Source of the DNA: a virus
Taxonomy: Duplodnaviria; Caudoviricetes
DNA: 64,000 nt
Direction: 5' to 3' (one strand)
Virus record (IMG/VR): IMGVR_UViG_3300020411_003161
Location: 260 to 64,259 of that record
This document shows, in pieces, positions 20,308 to 30,592 of the stretch (position 1 is the first letter of the stretch; every line of letters begins with the position of its first letter). Under the pieces are notes generated by a model. That model ran no database searches. It saw nothing but the letters and a program-made list of their open reading frames with translations, and had not been told where the DNA came from. The translations under genes and the position numbers were made by a program.

Positions 20308-20336
20308 AATATAACAATTTTTTTGTAAAAAAACAA
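20308..20336 (-). promoter_or_regulatory. Sigma70-type promoter of the oxygenase/glycosyltransferase cassette
   Basis: Minus strand reads TTGTTT-N17-TATATT with TG at the extended -10 position, 26 nt upstream of ATG 20281, followed by an AAGGA RBS. Confidence 0.6.
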
Positions 20337-20343
20337 CTAAAAT

Positions 20344-20664
20344 TTAAGGTAAATTTGCATAAACTTCTAAATCTGAACCAAATACTGGATGATCTATTCT
20401 ATTTCCACTTTCGTCAATAGAAGAAGATACGCTTTCTAAAACACGCATCCTACTACCAGTTTCATCAACTAGTGTAGCATCACAAAGAGCTTGTGCTTCC
20501 TCTTTTGTCTTCTCTACAGCACCAACACGTGCCACCCAAGCTGTATGATCGTGTTCAGTAGTAAATACACCACCTGGATGTTCAGCTATATGACCAGCAG
20601 CTGAATCAGCATGGGTTATAAATCCCTTTCCAGTGTTTGTAGCTAAATAATATTTAATAGCCAT
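20344..20664 (-). CDS. Small virion-associated hypothetical protein
   Basis: Likely start is ATG 20664 (MAIKYY) with a GGAG RBS; ATATTTAT motif upstream. Confidence 0.7.
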   Translation of the reverse strand: MAIKYYLATNTGKGFITHADSAAGHIAEHPGGVFTTEHDHTAWVARVGAVEKTKEEAQALCDATLVDETGSRMRVLESVSSSIDESGNRIDHPVFGSDLEVYANLP

Positions 20665-20693
20665 TAGTTTCTCCAAAAAATAAGTTGTTTCCT

Positions 20694-20701
20694 ATAAATA
20701 T
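20694..20701 (-). promoter_or_regulatory. ATATTTAT putative late promoter
   Basis: Intergenic, upstream of ATG 20664. Confidence 0.6.
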
Positions 20702-20715
20702 AAGTATGTTTTAAT

Positions 20716-23700
20716 TTACGATTTTTTTTCTAATTTTTCAAGTCTTTTATGAAGTTGTATGATGTAAAGTGACATCTCTTCAATCTTTTCTAATAACAAC
20801 ATATCCCTATCACCCATACTTAATTGTTTCCATTCTTCTATAGCATTCATATCAGGAACATTTGGTAAATGTTTGGATTGTGATATATGTACATCTAATT
20901 CAGAAATTGATTTCAATTCATATTCTGGTTCAAATACATAGTCAGGTACACTTAACTTCGTACCACCATCATAAAAACCATCTTGAACATCCACCCTACC
21001 AAAAGAACCAGTTGATGTTAATGAACCACTAAGATTACCACCCATAGAGAATATAGCTCTACCAGCAGTAGCCGCTGAAAATGTTACTGTTGCAGTATCT
21101 AAAGTATCAGCTTTAATACTTGTTGGTATAATTACTTCATCAGAATCATCATAAACCGTTACATTCGGATACTTACTATTTAATGAATGTGTTATAACCC
21201 AATTAGTAGAATCACCTGATTGATGATGTACATGACTACCATCTGTAGAAATTCGTGTGACAGTACCAGTTGTTCCACCTGAATTTATAACTGCATATCC
21301 AGAAGTTGCTGAAGAAAATCCTATTGTTGTTTTATTAGCATCATCAGCGGTTATAGAAGTTGGAATCACAACTTGATGTGAATCATCATAAACAGTTACA
21401 GCATTATGTTTAGTCCCCAATGAATGAGTTATTGCCCAACTTGTAGAATCCCCTGCCTGTGTGAATGTATAACTTCCACTATTAGTTCCACTTCCACCGC
21501 CACCACCAGATGAAGCAAAGGTTATAGAATCACCACCAGCACTTGTGGTGAGTGTCATATTGGAACCAGCAACTAATGTCAAAGTATCAGTAGCAGAATC
21601 AGCAACTACATCGGATTGACCAGAAACAGATATTGTTTTAAATGCATTTGAAGCACCACCACCACCGCCACCAGCAGCTAATGAAGCAGATGTAAAATTA
21701 CCACCACCAACCATAATGTGACCAAATGAGCCAGTTGAAACTGATGAACCACTCACGCCACCACCAACAACTTTAACAAGACTTGAACTTAACTCACCTT
21801 TCCAAGATCCTGAAACTTGAGCAGCTGAAGGACCACTTCCACCACCACCACCTGCTGCGAGTGAAGCAGATGTGAAGTTTCCACCACCAACTTTAAGATG
21901 AGCAAATGAACCAGTTGAGGTTGCTGAACCACTTATATCACCTTTAAATTCAGCATCATATCCATTAACTTTTCCATGAACATCTAAATTTTGATAAATT
22001 ATTGCATCACCACCAATTCCAGTCTTACCTATAATATCAATAGAAGATGTCTGATGTGCTGATGGACCACCATTCCAAGAATATTGATTTATTCTCTCAT
22101 TACCATAATCCAAACCAAATAATCTAGTACCTTCTGGATTTCCCCATACTTTAATGAGACCAGACATATTAGTATTTTTACCAGTATAAGCAGCTGTACT
22201 AAATTTCCAAGGTGTAGATAATTTCCACTCATGTAAATCTTTAGCATTCTTATCAAATAAATAAGCGAATCTACCATCAGGCCTAAAGAAAATATCAGAA
22301 TGTTCTGTACCACCATCACCTGATACACTTGTTGTTGATGTTACACTTATTGTTGAAACATCCCATGCTGTGGTCATTCCCAATTCAAGTACAGAATCAT
22401 TTTCTCCAATTTGATATAGAGCTGAACCATCTGGTTTAGCAGTTATACCTTGTTGTGAACTACCCTGTAAGGTTGCATTTTGAACATAAGTTAATGTTGT
22501 TATATCCCAAGGTTTGGTTAAATTGTATTCATTATATTTGCTGTTATCCGTATCCATGGTTATCAGCTTCGTACCATCTGGAGAAAATACCATAGCCCTA
22601 TGTAAACTACCTTGTGAAGAAATATCTTTTGAACCATGAAGGGTTCTACTACCTATATCCCAAGATCCAGATAAAGAATATTGTGCTATAGAATCTGCTA
22701 AATCTCCACTACCAATTAAACTGACATAAACATTTCTACCATCTGGTGAAGCGGTGATTCCCCAACCATCACCCCACTCATCACTAACACCACCATCCTG
22801 CATATATTTATCCAAAGATACAGTAGATAAATCCCAATCTCTCGTAATAACCTGTGTCTCTAAATCACTATCTATTATTTTTACACCACCCTTACCAAAG
22901 GAAGCCGATGAGGCAAGCGAACCACTAAATAAAGTAGCAGCACCAGTTTTCCACGATGTATCATCAGAACCACCACCACCACCGCCACCAGCAGCAAGGG
23001 AAGCTGAAGTGAAGTTACCACCCCCGACCATAAGATGACCGAATGAACCAGTTGAAGTTAATGAACTACTAACATTACCCGTTGCAGTAATGGTTGTAAA
23101 CGAACCTGCGGCTTTTGTAGAACCACCGATTACTGTATTGTCTATCGTACCACCATCGATATCAGGTGTGTTTATATCAGGACTTGTTAAAGTCTTATTA
23201 GTAAGGGTATCCGTCGTTGTCCTACCAACTATCGTATCGGTTGTGGCAGGTAGGGTTAGTGTCACATTACCTTCGAAGGCCGAATGGGCTGGTGCTTTTA
23301 ATGAAGCATAATGAGCATTACTACTTTCACAATAAAGTCTAATCTCTGATTGTGCGCCATTATTTTTTAAATCAATAATACCACCATTAACACCTAAATT
23401 GCCAGCAGTTTGTAATCTACCAAACGAACCAGTTGAAGTTAATGAACTACTAACATTTCCTGTTGCAGTTATTGCACCAGTAACACCTAATGTTGAACCA
23501 TCAAAAGTAAGATTAGCTTCACCATTTAAAGCATCAGCCGATGAAAATGTTGCTATTCTATTATTTGAACCATTTGCAACAGCAGAAACAGCTCCGCCAC
23601 CACCACCACCGGAACCAAATCCTGCAGCTGCAACAGATGCTGAAATATTTGCATAGTGTCCAAATGAAGCAGTTGAAGCGGAACTACCACTAATCATTCC

Positions 23701-25818
23701 ACTACCACTTATAATAATAGGATCAGCATAAGCACCAATTTTTACAATATTATCACTAAATGCTTCTATAACAGGTAAGCCAGATACTAAGTTAGCACTA
23801 AAAACACTACCCGACATCTCATCACTTACAGAAAACAATCTCCCATTAGTACCATCTACAGTGAATATATTTGAACCACTTCCTATTATATCCATACTTC
23901 CACTTAAACCAGCAGAACCTGTGAATGGAAAACCAGTTCCACTTCCACCACCAGCCAATGACGCTGATGTGAAGTTACCACCCCCGACCATAAGATGACC
24001 GAATGAACCAGTAGAAGCGACTGAGCCACTCACGTTTCCAGCAAAGTTTGTGTCTTTTGCGATTTCTACTTTTGTAGTAGAACCATCTAAAGTTATATAC
24101 GCAGTAGTTCCACCACTTCCATCATCCGTACTTAATATAATATCCTTATCGTTGGCATAATTAATTAATTGTATATTACCAGTGGTTTCAAGTATTTGAA
24201 GATTAGTTCCAGTATGTTTTATGCTCCCGTCATTATCAGAACCAAGGGATATTTTATTACCATCAATTAATGTAATTCCCCCACCATCACCTTCTATTCT
24301 ACCGAATGAACCAGTTGAAGCAGCTGAACCACTTACTCTAGTTACATCATCTATCGTACCACCATTAATGTCAGGACTTGTTAAAGTTTTATTAGTAAGA
24401 GTATCTGTAGATGAAATTGTTACTAAATTAACCTCTGAATCTTTTAATCCACCCATCCATCTATTTTCACTAACATCCCATAGTAATGAACCAGTCTGAC
24501 TACCAGTGGCATCTCTTACATATATTCCAGCATCACTAGTGGCTGAACCAGCAATTTCTATTATCCTATCACCAATATTTAAAGTAGTTGAGTTGATGGA
24601 TGTGGTTGTACCAGTTACAGTTAAATTTCCACTAACAGTAACATTATCTACAGTTAATGTATCTGAACTTGGATTAAATTTAAAAGTATTACCAGAATCA
24701 GTCCGCATTGTATGATGACCACTTAGATAACTTCCTATAAATGGTATAGCATAATCTGCATCAGTAGATGAATGAGTGTTTTGTACTTTTGAAGCACTAT
24801 TAGCAGTAGTTACAGTGCCAACAATATTTGATACAGTTAATGTATCTGAATCTGGATTAAATTTAAAATTATTACTAGAATCAGTAAACATTTTACGATG
24901 ACCACTTAAATAACTTGATAAAAATGGTACAGCATAATCTGTATCAGTAGATGTATGAGTGTTTTGTACTTTTGAAGCACTATGAGCATTTGGTATCGTA
25001 GCACCTGCAATATTTGATACAGTTAATGTATCTGAATCTGGATTGTATTTGAAACTATTACTAGAATCAGTATACATTACCCTATGACCACTTAAATAAC
25101 TTGATAAAAATGGTATAGCATAATCTGCATCAGTAGCTGTATGGGTATTCTGTACCTTTGAAGCACTATTAGCACTCGTTGCAGTACCAACAATATTTGA
25201 TACAGTTAATGTATCCGAATCTGGATTGTATTTGAAACTATTACTAGAATCAGTATATAAAGTATGTGTTCCACTTAGATAACTTCCTATAAATGGTACA
25301 GCAAAATCTGTATCAGTAGCTGTATGGGTATTAGATACCTTAGAAGCGGTTTCGACACTAGCACCACCTGCTGAAGCAAAAGTTATCGTATCACTACCCG
25401 CATTTGTAGTGATTGTCATATTGGAACCAGCAGCGAATGTTAATGTATCTGTTGTTGTGTCTGCTACTACATCGGATTGACCAGAAACAGATATCGTCTT
25501 AAATGAAAATTCATTATCCTCTCCACTACCACCACCAGCAGCTAACGAAGCAGATGTAAAATTACCACCACCAACCATAATGTGACCAAATGAACCAGTT
25601 GATGCTGCTGAACCACTAATATTACCTGTTATTTCAATAGAACCTGTTGTTTGGGAATTGGTTGTTAGTATGGTTTGAACGGAAGGAGAACCATCGTTCT
25701 TTTCGAAATATATTTTACCATCTGCGGTATTTACAGCTATCTCACCAAGCTGTAAATCAGAAGTTGAAGGTGCTTTCCCAGCAACTGAAGATCGTTTTAA
25801 TTTAATAACTTGAGCCAT
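20716..25818 (-). CDS. Long modular tail fibre (1700 aa)
   Basis: N-terminal IKLKRS..GKAP...LGEIAVNTADGKIY (Mtd_N/gp34-like), four tandem repeats, Y.L..PWD.ST propeller repeats, W.ITHSL modules, and a C-terminal PDYVF...LLEKIEE chaperone-like domain. Confidence 0.88.
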   Translation of the reverse strand: MAQVIKLKRSSVAGKAPSTSDLQLGEIAVNTADGKIYFEKNDGSPSVQTILTTNSQTTGSIEITGNISGSAASTGSFGHIMVGGGNFTSASLAAGGGSGEDNEFSFKTISVSGQSDVVADTTTDTLTFAAGSNMTITTNAGSDTITFASAGGASVETASKVSNTHTATDTDFAVPFIGSYLSGTHTLYTDSSNSFKYNPDSDTLTVSNIVGTATSANSASKVQNTHTATDADYAIPFLSSYLSGHRVMYTDSSNSFKYNPDSDTLTVSNIAGATIPNAHSASKVQNTHTSTDTDYAVPFLSSYLSGHRKMFTDSSNNFKFNPDSDTLTVSNIVGTVTTANSASKVQNTHSSTDADYAIPFIGSYLSGHHTMRTDSGNTFKFNPSSDTLTVDNVTVSGNLTVTGTTTSINSTTLNIGDRIIEIAGSATSDAGIYVRDATGSQTGSLLWDVSENRWMGGLKDSEVNLVTISSTDTLTNKTLTSPDINGGTIDDVTRVSGSAASTGSFGRIEGDGGGITLIDGNKISLGSDNDGSIKHTGTNLQILETTGNIQLINYANDKDIILSTDDGSGGTTAYITLDGSTTKVEIAKDTNFAGNVSGSVASTGSFGHLMVGGGNFTSASLAGGGSGTGFPFTGSAGLSGSMDIIGSGSNIFTVDGTNGRLFSVSDEMSGSVFSANLVSGLPVIEAFSDNIVKIGAYADPIIISGSGMISGSSASTASFGHYANISASVAAAGFGSGGGGGGAVSAVANGSNNRIATFSSADALNGEANLTFDGSTLGVTGAITATGNVSSSLTSTGSFGRLQTAGNLGVNGGIIDLKNNGAQSEIRLYCESSNAHYASLKAPAHSAFEGNVTLTLPATTDTIVGRTTTDTLTNKTLTSPDINTPDIDGGTIDNTVIGGSTKAAGSFTTITATGNVSSSLTSTGSFGHLMVGGGNFTSASLAAGGGGGGGSDDTSWKTGAATLFSGSLASSASFGKGGVKIIDSDLETQVITRDWDLSTVSLDKYMQDGGVSDEWGDGWGITASPDGRNVYVSLIGSGDLADSIAQYSLSGSWDIGSRTLHGSKDISSQGSLHRAMVFSPDGTKLITMDTDNSKYNEYNLTKPWDITTLTYVQNATLQGSSQQGITAKPDGSALYQIGENDSVLELGMTTAWDVSTISVTSTTSVSGDGGTEHSDIFFRPDGRFAYLFDKNAKDLHEWKLSTPWKFSTAAYTGKNTNMSGLIKVWGNPEGTRLFGLDYGNERINQYSWNGGPSAHQTSSIDIIGKTGIGGDAIIYQNLDVHGKVNGYDAEFKGDISGSATSTGSFAHLKVGGGNFTSASLAAGGGGGSGPSAAQVSGSWKGELSSSLVKVVGGGVSGSSVSTGSFGHIMVGGGNFTSASLAAGGGGGGASNAFKTISVSGQSDVVADSATDTLTLVAGSNMTLTTSAGGDSITFASSGGGGGSGTNSGSYTFTQAGDSTSWAITHSLGTKHNAVTVYDDSHQVVIPTSITADDANKTTIGFSSATSGYAVINSGGTTGTVTRISTDGSHVHHQSGDSTNWVITHSLNSKYPNVTVYDDSDEVIIPTSIKADTLDTATVTFSAATAGRAIFSMGGNLSGSLTSTGSFGRVDVQDGFYDGGTKLSVPDYVFEPEYELKSISELDVHISQSKHLPNVPDMNAIEEWKQLSMGDRDMLLLEKIEEMSLYIIQLHKRLEKLEKKS
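24640..25350 (-). repeat. Four tandem intragenic repeats of about 62 aa (about 186 bp)
   Basis: ASKVxNTHxxTDxDxAxPFxxSYLSGxxxxxTDSxNxFKxNPxSDTLTV occurs four times, with high identity at the DNA level. Confidence 0.9.
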
Positions 25819-25879
25819 ATGGCTAAATCCTCAACAATATTGTTTTTAAAAAAGGTATATATATACCTAAAAATTTTTA
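25813..25879. promoter_or_regulatory. Cluster of five short perfect palindromes in the leader of the 1700-aa fibre gene
   Basis: AGCCATATGGCT 25813-25824 (spans the start codon), AACAATATTGTT 25833-25844, TTTTTAAAAA 25843-25852, AGGTATATATATACCT 25853-25868 and TAAAAATTTTTA 25868-25879. Confidence 0.5.
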
Positions 25880-25880
25880 T

Positions 25881-27674
25881 CTAAAATGAACCACCATCAA
25901 TAGTTCCACTATCAAAAATCAAATGCCCAAAAGAACCAGTTGAAGCTGCAGAACCAGTTACATTACCACTAACAGTTATTGCTCCAGTAACACCCAATGT
26001 AGAACCATTAAAAGTTAAATTACCTTCCCCCACAATTGAATCCGAATCAGACCAAGTTGCAATTTCATTATTATTACCAGAACCATCAGTATCTACCAAT
26101 GATGTTCCCCAAACTCTCGAATCAATTTCATCTGTTTTAACAACATTATCTGAATTTAAAACAAGAACAGTATTATCCGTACCAGCTGCAACTCCATTCA
26201 TAACAATACTTTTAGTATTACTTTCACCTAAAGTCACAGAACCTGAAAGTACTGCATTACCAGTTGAAGTTAAGGTTGTAACAGTACCAGCAGCTGGAGT
26301 TGTACCACCTATTATAACACCATCAATAGTTCCATCACCACCAGTATCTGTTAAAGAAACAGTAGCTCCATTTACTGTCAATCCAGTTAAAGTTCCAACA
26401 GATGTAATATTTGGTTGTGCTGCTGTTGTTAATGTTCCTGCAAGATTAGTAGCAGAGAATGTTGTTGATTGAACTCTACCAAATGAACCAGTAGAGGTTA
26501 ATGAACTACTTACATTACCTGTAGCAGTAAGAGTTGTAAATGTACCTGCCGCGGCCGTAGTAGCACCAATTATAAATCCATCTATATTTGCAGAACCACC
26601 AAACCCAGTTGCTGTGGTTATACTTTTTCCACTAGCAGGTTGAATTGTAACTGTAGTCAACCCAGTCATTGTAGTAACATTTGGTTGACTTACTGTTCCT
26701 ATTGTTCCATTTAGATTTCCATTATCTACTGTCAAACCACCACTTACCTGTAAAGAACCAGTAAACTTATGTGTATCAGTTGAATTATCACCAAATATGG
26801 TTGAACCACTACTAAATGATTGAGTCATATTGGTTACAGAAGAACTTATTATTAATTGCCTAGCAATAATATCCCCACGAGTTTCTATATCACCCGTAGC
26901 ATTTATTGTGGTAAAATTACCAGCAGCTGCACTATTAGCACCAATAGGTGTACCATCAATAGCACCACCATCTATATTAACACTGGCTAATGTTCCAACA
27001 GAAGTTATGTTTGGTTGTGCCGCAGTAACTATCGTTCCACCAATATTCGTAGCTTGTACCCTACCAAATGAACCAGTAGAAGCAATAGAACCACTAAAAG
27101 ATGTCAAAGTACCTGAAGGTATTGCACCCTGCCAAGAACCACTTATCTGAGCGGCTGAAAAATCTGTAATTGTTTCCTCTGTGGTTATCCTACTAGCTAA
27201 ACTAGCGGATATGGTTGAGAAAGAACCACTTATTTGACTAGCTAAAGTTGAACCAAATGAAGCGGCATTTATTGAAGTAGTTCCTACTATGGAACCAGTA
27301 ACAGAAAAAGCCCCATTTATACCAAGTGTTCCACCAACTATTTTATTAGCTATGTTTCCAGTTAAATCTAAAGTTGTATTCCCACCAGTATTTAAAACCA
27401 ATAAAGTTTTTGCATCTGTTTCGTGATACAACATATCGTTAAAATTTGCACCACCTGTTATACCACTCAAATTAGGTGTTGAATTTCCTTGTGGTAATCT
27501 AGAAAAAGTTAATCTATTTGTTCCATCAGTATTTCCAATAACAAGTCCAGTTTTTAATACTGAATCGCCGATATTATTAGCCGAACTACTTACTATACCG
27601 ATTTCACCATTAGCTAAAGTTACACCCTGTAACTGTGGTAGTGTACCTCTTCTATGTTTTATTATTTGAGCCAT
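25881..27674 (-). CDS. Tail fibre protein with Mtd_N-like N-terminus
   Basis: MAQIIKHRRG..LANGEIG N-terminus, TAAQPNITSVGTL repeats, IDG..IG...AAG.FTT repeats and a C-terminal IDGGSF. Confidence 0.85.
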   Translation of the reverse strand: MAQIIKHRRGTLPQLQGVTLANGEIGIVSSSANNIGDSVLKTGLVIGNTDGTNRLTFSRLPQGNSTPNLSGITGGANFNDMLYHETDAKTLLVLNTGGNTTLDLTGNIANKIVGGTLGINGAFSVTGSIVGTTSINAASFGSTLASQISGSFSTISASLASRITTEETITDFSAAQISGSWQGAIPSGTLTSFSGSIASTGSFGRVQATNIGGTIVTAAQPNITSVGTLASVNIDGGAIDGTPIGANSAAAGNFTTINATGDIETRGDIIARQLIISSSVTNMTQSFSSGSTIFGDNSTDTHKFTGSLQVSGGLTVDNGNLNGTIGTVSQPNVTTMTGLTTVTIQPASGKSITTATGFGGSANIDGFIIGATTAAAGTFTTLTATGNVSSSLTSTGSFGRVQSTTFSATNLAGTLTTAAQPNITSVGTLTGLTVNGATVSLTDTGGDGTIDGVIIGGTTPAAGTVTTLTSTGNAVLSGSVTLGESNTKSIVMNGVAAGTDNTVLVLNSDNVVKTDEIDSRVWGTSLVDTDGSGNNNEIATWSDSDSIVGEGNLTFNGSTLGVTGAITVSGNVTGSAASTGSFGHLIFDSGTIDGGSF

Positions 27675-27708
27675 AATTGATTCCCATTGAGAGTAAATTT
27701 ACTCATCT

Positions 27709-27716
27709 ATAAATAT
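27709..27716 (-). promoter_or_regulatory. ATATTTAT putative late promoter followed by the palindrome GAGTAAATTTACTC (27691-27704)
   Basis: Intergenic, upstream of the 27674 fibre gene. Confidence 0.6.
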
Positions 27717-27734
27717 AAATCCATATCTTTATCA

Positions 27735-28187
27735 TTAGTTAAATCCATCACCACAGTCAATAACTCCTGCCTGATCTGTACTAGCTATAGTCCCTAATCC
27801 CTTTACAAATATAGAAGCACTAGCTATTTTATTTGATACTTTTTGGTCAACTACTTGCATAGCACCACTAACTATCAAACTATTACTAGCTGTATCCATA
27901 CTATCAATAATTGTCTGACCAGAAATCTTCAATGAACCTGATATACTCATTGAACCAGTAAATTGATGTGTATCATCTAAGGAATCACCAAATCTAGTTG
28001 AACCACTTAATTCTTGCGTTGTTATGTTAGTTACAGATGATGAAACAATAAATCTTTTTGCTTCTACAGTTTCAGCATTCATTCTACCAAAAGATCCAGT
28101 TACAGCTATATGCTTTAACCACTTCTTTGTAGTAGTTCCTATTTGTCCTTGTGAACCTGTTCTTGGTACTATGTTTCTTGTTGCCAT
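27735..28187 (-). CDS. Short tail-fibre-related protein
   Basis: MATRNIVPR..GQIGT..KKW N-terminus and an SGSTRFGDSLDDTHQFTGS module shared with other fibres. Confidence 0.75.
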   Translation of the reverse strand: MATRNIVPRTGSQGQIGTTTKKWLKHIAVTGSFGRMNAETVEAKRFIVSSSVTNITTQELSGSTRFGDSLDDTHQFTGSMSISGSLKISGQTIIDSMDTASNSLIVSGAMQVVDQKVSNKIASASIFVKGLGTIASTDQAGVIDCGDGFN

Positions 28188-28188
28188 A

Positions 28189-28836
28189 TTATATCAATGA
28201 TGATGCTCTTGGCATTATATCACCATTATCATCCGTTTCATAATTAAAATCTGATATGTTAACCACACTACTATCATTTGGCATTAAATCCAAATTTCCA
28301 TCAATCTCAAATGCGGAAATAACATTTGCTATCCCAAAAGGACCTAATTTTTCACCATTAACTTCCAATACTCCAAACGAACCAGTACTAGCATTTTTTA
28401 TATCATTATCATTCATATCTAAATCTAATGAAGCTGTATGGTTTCCTAGATTATCTGCACCAGCAATAGCAGTAGCCAATGATGAAGATACATTTGATAT
28501 TCCAGGTATGGATAAAACTCCCCCAACATCTAAATTACTACTCATATCAAAAGAACCAGTAAGTTTTAAATTATTAGTTGTAGAATAATAAGAACCAGTT
28601 TGTGTAAATATTCCAGATACTTCTGCTCCACCACCACCACTTCCAAATCCAGCAGCTGCAGCTGATGAACTAACAGCTGTTGAAAAATTACTACCACCTA
28701 ATATTATATGCCCAAAAGATGCTGTTGATACTGCAGAACCACTTAGAAATCCATGTAATGCATGTATATCCTCAGGGCCATCTCCAAGAGTTATCGCTCC
28801 AGTAGTCTTTATCTGTGATGAACCTATAATTGGCAT
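28189..28836 (-). CDS. Short virion structural protein
   Basis: SGSAVSTASFG, DNLGNHTA..DLDM and (F/Y)E.D.NGD.MP motifs. Confidence 0.75.
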   Translation of the reverse strand: MPIIGSSQIKTTGAITLGDGPEDIHALHGFLSGSAVSTASFGHIILGGSNFSTAVSSSAAAAGFGSGGGGAEVSGIFTQTGSYYSTTNNLKLTGSFDMSSNLDVGGVLSIPGISNVSSSLATAIAGADNLGNHTASLDLDMNDNDIKNASTGSFGVLEVNGEKLGPFGIANVISAFEIDGNLDLMPNDSSVVNISDFNYETDDNGDIMPRASSLI

Positions 28837-28859
28837 TTATTCAATCCTATTTGTTTAAT

Positions 28860-28867
28860 ATAAATAT
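28860..28867 (-). promoter_or_regulatory. ATATTTAT putative late promoter
   Basis: Intergenic, upstream of the 28836 gene. Confidence 0.6.
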
Positions 28868-28870
28868 TGT

Positions 28871-29122
28871 TTATACATCATTTAATGGTTCATACCACTC
28901 ACTACCTGTTAAAACATTTAAAATTTCTGAATGTGTATATTCAGATGTTTTTGATGATAGTGATGAAACAGAAGATGGCATTGAACCTTCATATTTAACA
29001 AAGGTTCTGCTCCCACTTAGGTTCAATCTCAATGTATCTTTGCTTGTTTCATGTACTTGCGAAAAATCTATTGAACCAGTTTCATTTGTATTGAATATTA
29101 CATATTTTCTATTTTCATACAT
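28871..29122 (-). CDS. Small conserved phage protein (83 aa)
   Basis: YVIF....IDFSQVHETSKDTLR...TFVKYEG..P...YTHSEIL..L...EW pattern, which I recall next to LamG genes in marine phages. Confidence 0.75.
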   Translation of the reverse strand: MYENRKYVIFNTNETGSIDFSQVHETSKDTLRLNLSGSRTFVKYEGSMPSSVSSLSSKTSEYTHSEILNVLTGSEWYEPLNDV

Positions 29123-29123
29123 A

Positions 29124-29873
29124 TTATACTCCGAATCTGTTTTTATGTGCGTTAAAATTTTGTGTTATTTCAGTTGCTGTAAGTGATCTGTTATACATAT
29201 GTACACTTGCAATTCTTCCATCAAACTCGGCATGACTACCATCGTGTTGTGAACCATATGCTAATTTAAATTCATCCATTGTCATCAAAGGTACATGCCC
29301 CGCTGCTGTGCCAGATAATGGATTATTAATAGCATTAGAGTCACTTGAAGCATATGTTGTCTTTGAACTAGCATTAACATAAATGTCATATTTATTACTA
29401 TTCCAATTAAGACTCACATAATGCCAACCTGCAGCAAAATTATCCCTAATATATGTTCTGTAATATGGATCACCACCGATAGAATCATCAGTACAATACA
29501 AAAAGGTTAATGTTTCATTTGTTGCATAACCAGTAGTTGATCCAAAATGCACACCTGCTTGGTCTGTATTTTTATATCTGAATAAACCATAAAATGTAGT
29601 TGATGAATCAACAGATGATTCTAAGTAAAACCAAATACTAAAATGATATGCATCACCAACCCCCAAATCACCAAAATCAACATAATCATTAGTTCCATCA
29701 AAGGTAAAATAACCATCGGAACTAAAAACCGGACCATTTGTCACTGTTCCATTTTTAGGTATTGCTAAATCAGTCCAAGTCGTTCCAGAACCGATATAAC
29801 TATTTTTATCCAAAGCATCTATAGAAAATGTCAAACCATTGTTTATTAAATCAGGATTTCCGTGAGCAGCCAT
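29124..29873 (-). CDS. LamG/concanavalin-like lectin domain virion protein
   Basis: DALDKNSY.GSGTTWTDL, FDGTNDYV and YNRSLTATEITQNFNA..RF. Confidence 0.88.
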   Translation of the reverse strand: MAAHGNPDLINNGLTFSIDALDKNSYIGSGTTWTDLAIPKNGTVTNGPVFSSDGYFTFDGTNDYVDFGDLGVGDAYHFSIWFYLESSVDSSTTFYGLFRYKNTDQAGVHFGSTTGYATNETLTFLYCTDDSIGGDPYYRTYIRDNFAAGWHYVSLNWNSNKYDIYVNASSKTTYASSDSNAINNPLSGTAAGHVPLMTMDEFKLAYGSQHDGSHAEFDGRIASVHMYNRSLTATEITQNFNAHKNRFGV

Positions 29874-30544
29874 TATACCCCAAACCTACCTTTAGTTGCG
29901 TTAAAATTTTGTAAAATCTCTTCGGCTGATAAATCCCTATTGTAATAATGAGCCGTAGCCATCTGCCCATTGAATTGATTAGCACTACCACCCTCATTCT
30001 TTCCAAAAAATACTGTTGCCGAACCAGTTTTTACAGTGTATGTGCTTGAATTTGATTTAACCAAAGAACCATTTATATAAATTTTTACATTACCATTAGA
30101 GTGTTGAACTGCTGTAGCATTAACCCAAACAGAATTTGCTATAGAACTATCTGTTTGAACAGTGGTTGGACTATTACTGCTGTTAAATCCAACAAACATA
30201 ATAGTTCCTCCTGATTTTTTTTTTAATTGTAAAAATCGATTAGAACCACTTGCATCAACTGATATAAAACTACCATTATGGTTGGAATCTGAATTTATCC
30301 AAGCTGATATGGTTTTTGCCGCTGTAATGCTATGGTCGGATGTCATTTCCATATAATCGTTAGAACCATCAAAGTCAAAGTAACCAGCAGAATTAAAGGT
30401 TGGTGAGTTTGTCAATGTGGTGGTAGCATCGGAAATCATATCGGTCCAGGTTGTTCCCGTACCAGGATAACTATTTTTATCTAAAGCATCAAAACAGAAT
30501 ATTAAGTCTTTATGTACTATTTGTGGGTTGTGATTGAAAGCCAT
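29873..30544 (-). CDS. LamG/concanavalin-like lectin domain virion protein
   Basis: DALDKNSYPGTGTTWTD, FDGSNDY, TISAWI and YNRDLSAEEILQNFNA..RF. Confidence 0.88.
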   Translation of the reverse strand: MAFNHNPQIVHKDLIFCFDALDKNSYPGTGTTWTDMISDATTTLTNSPTFNSAGYFDFDGSNDYMEMTSDHSITAAKTISAWINSDSNHNGSFISVDASGSNRFLQLKKKSGGTIMFVGFNSSNSPTTVQTDSSIANSVWVNATAVQHSNGNVKIYINGSLVKSNSSTYTVKTGSATVFFGKNEGGSANQFNGQMATAHYYNRDLSAEEILQNFNATKGRFGV

Positions 30545-30551
30545 ATCATAT

Positions 30552-30559
30552 ATAAATAT
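30552..30559 (-). promoter_or_regulatory. ATATTTAT putative late promoter
   Basis: 7 nt upstream of ATG 30544. Confidence 0.6.
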
Positions 30560-30592
30560 GGAAAAAATTATAACTAATTAAAAGACAAATAT

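Noticed and set aside
20716-27674. Diversity-generating retroelement suggested by the Mtd_N-like N-termini
   Set aside because: No reverse transcriptase and no template/variable repeat pair with adenine-specific mismatches was seen in the window.
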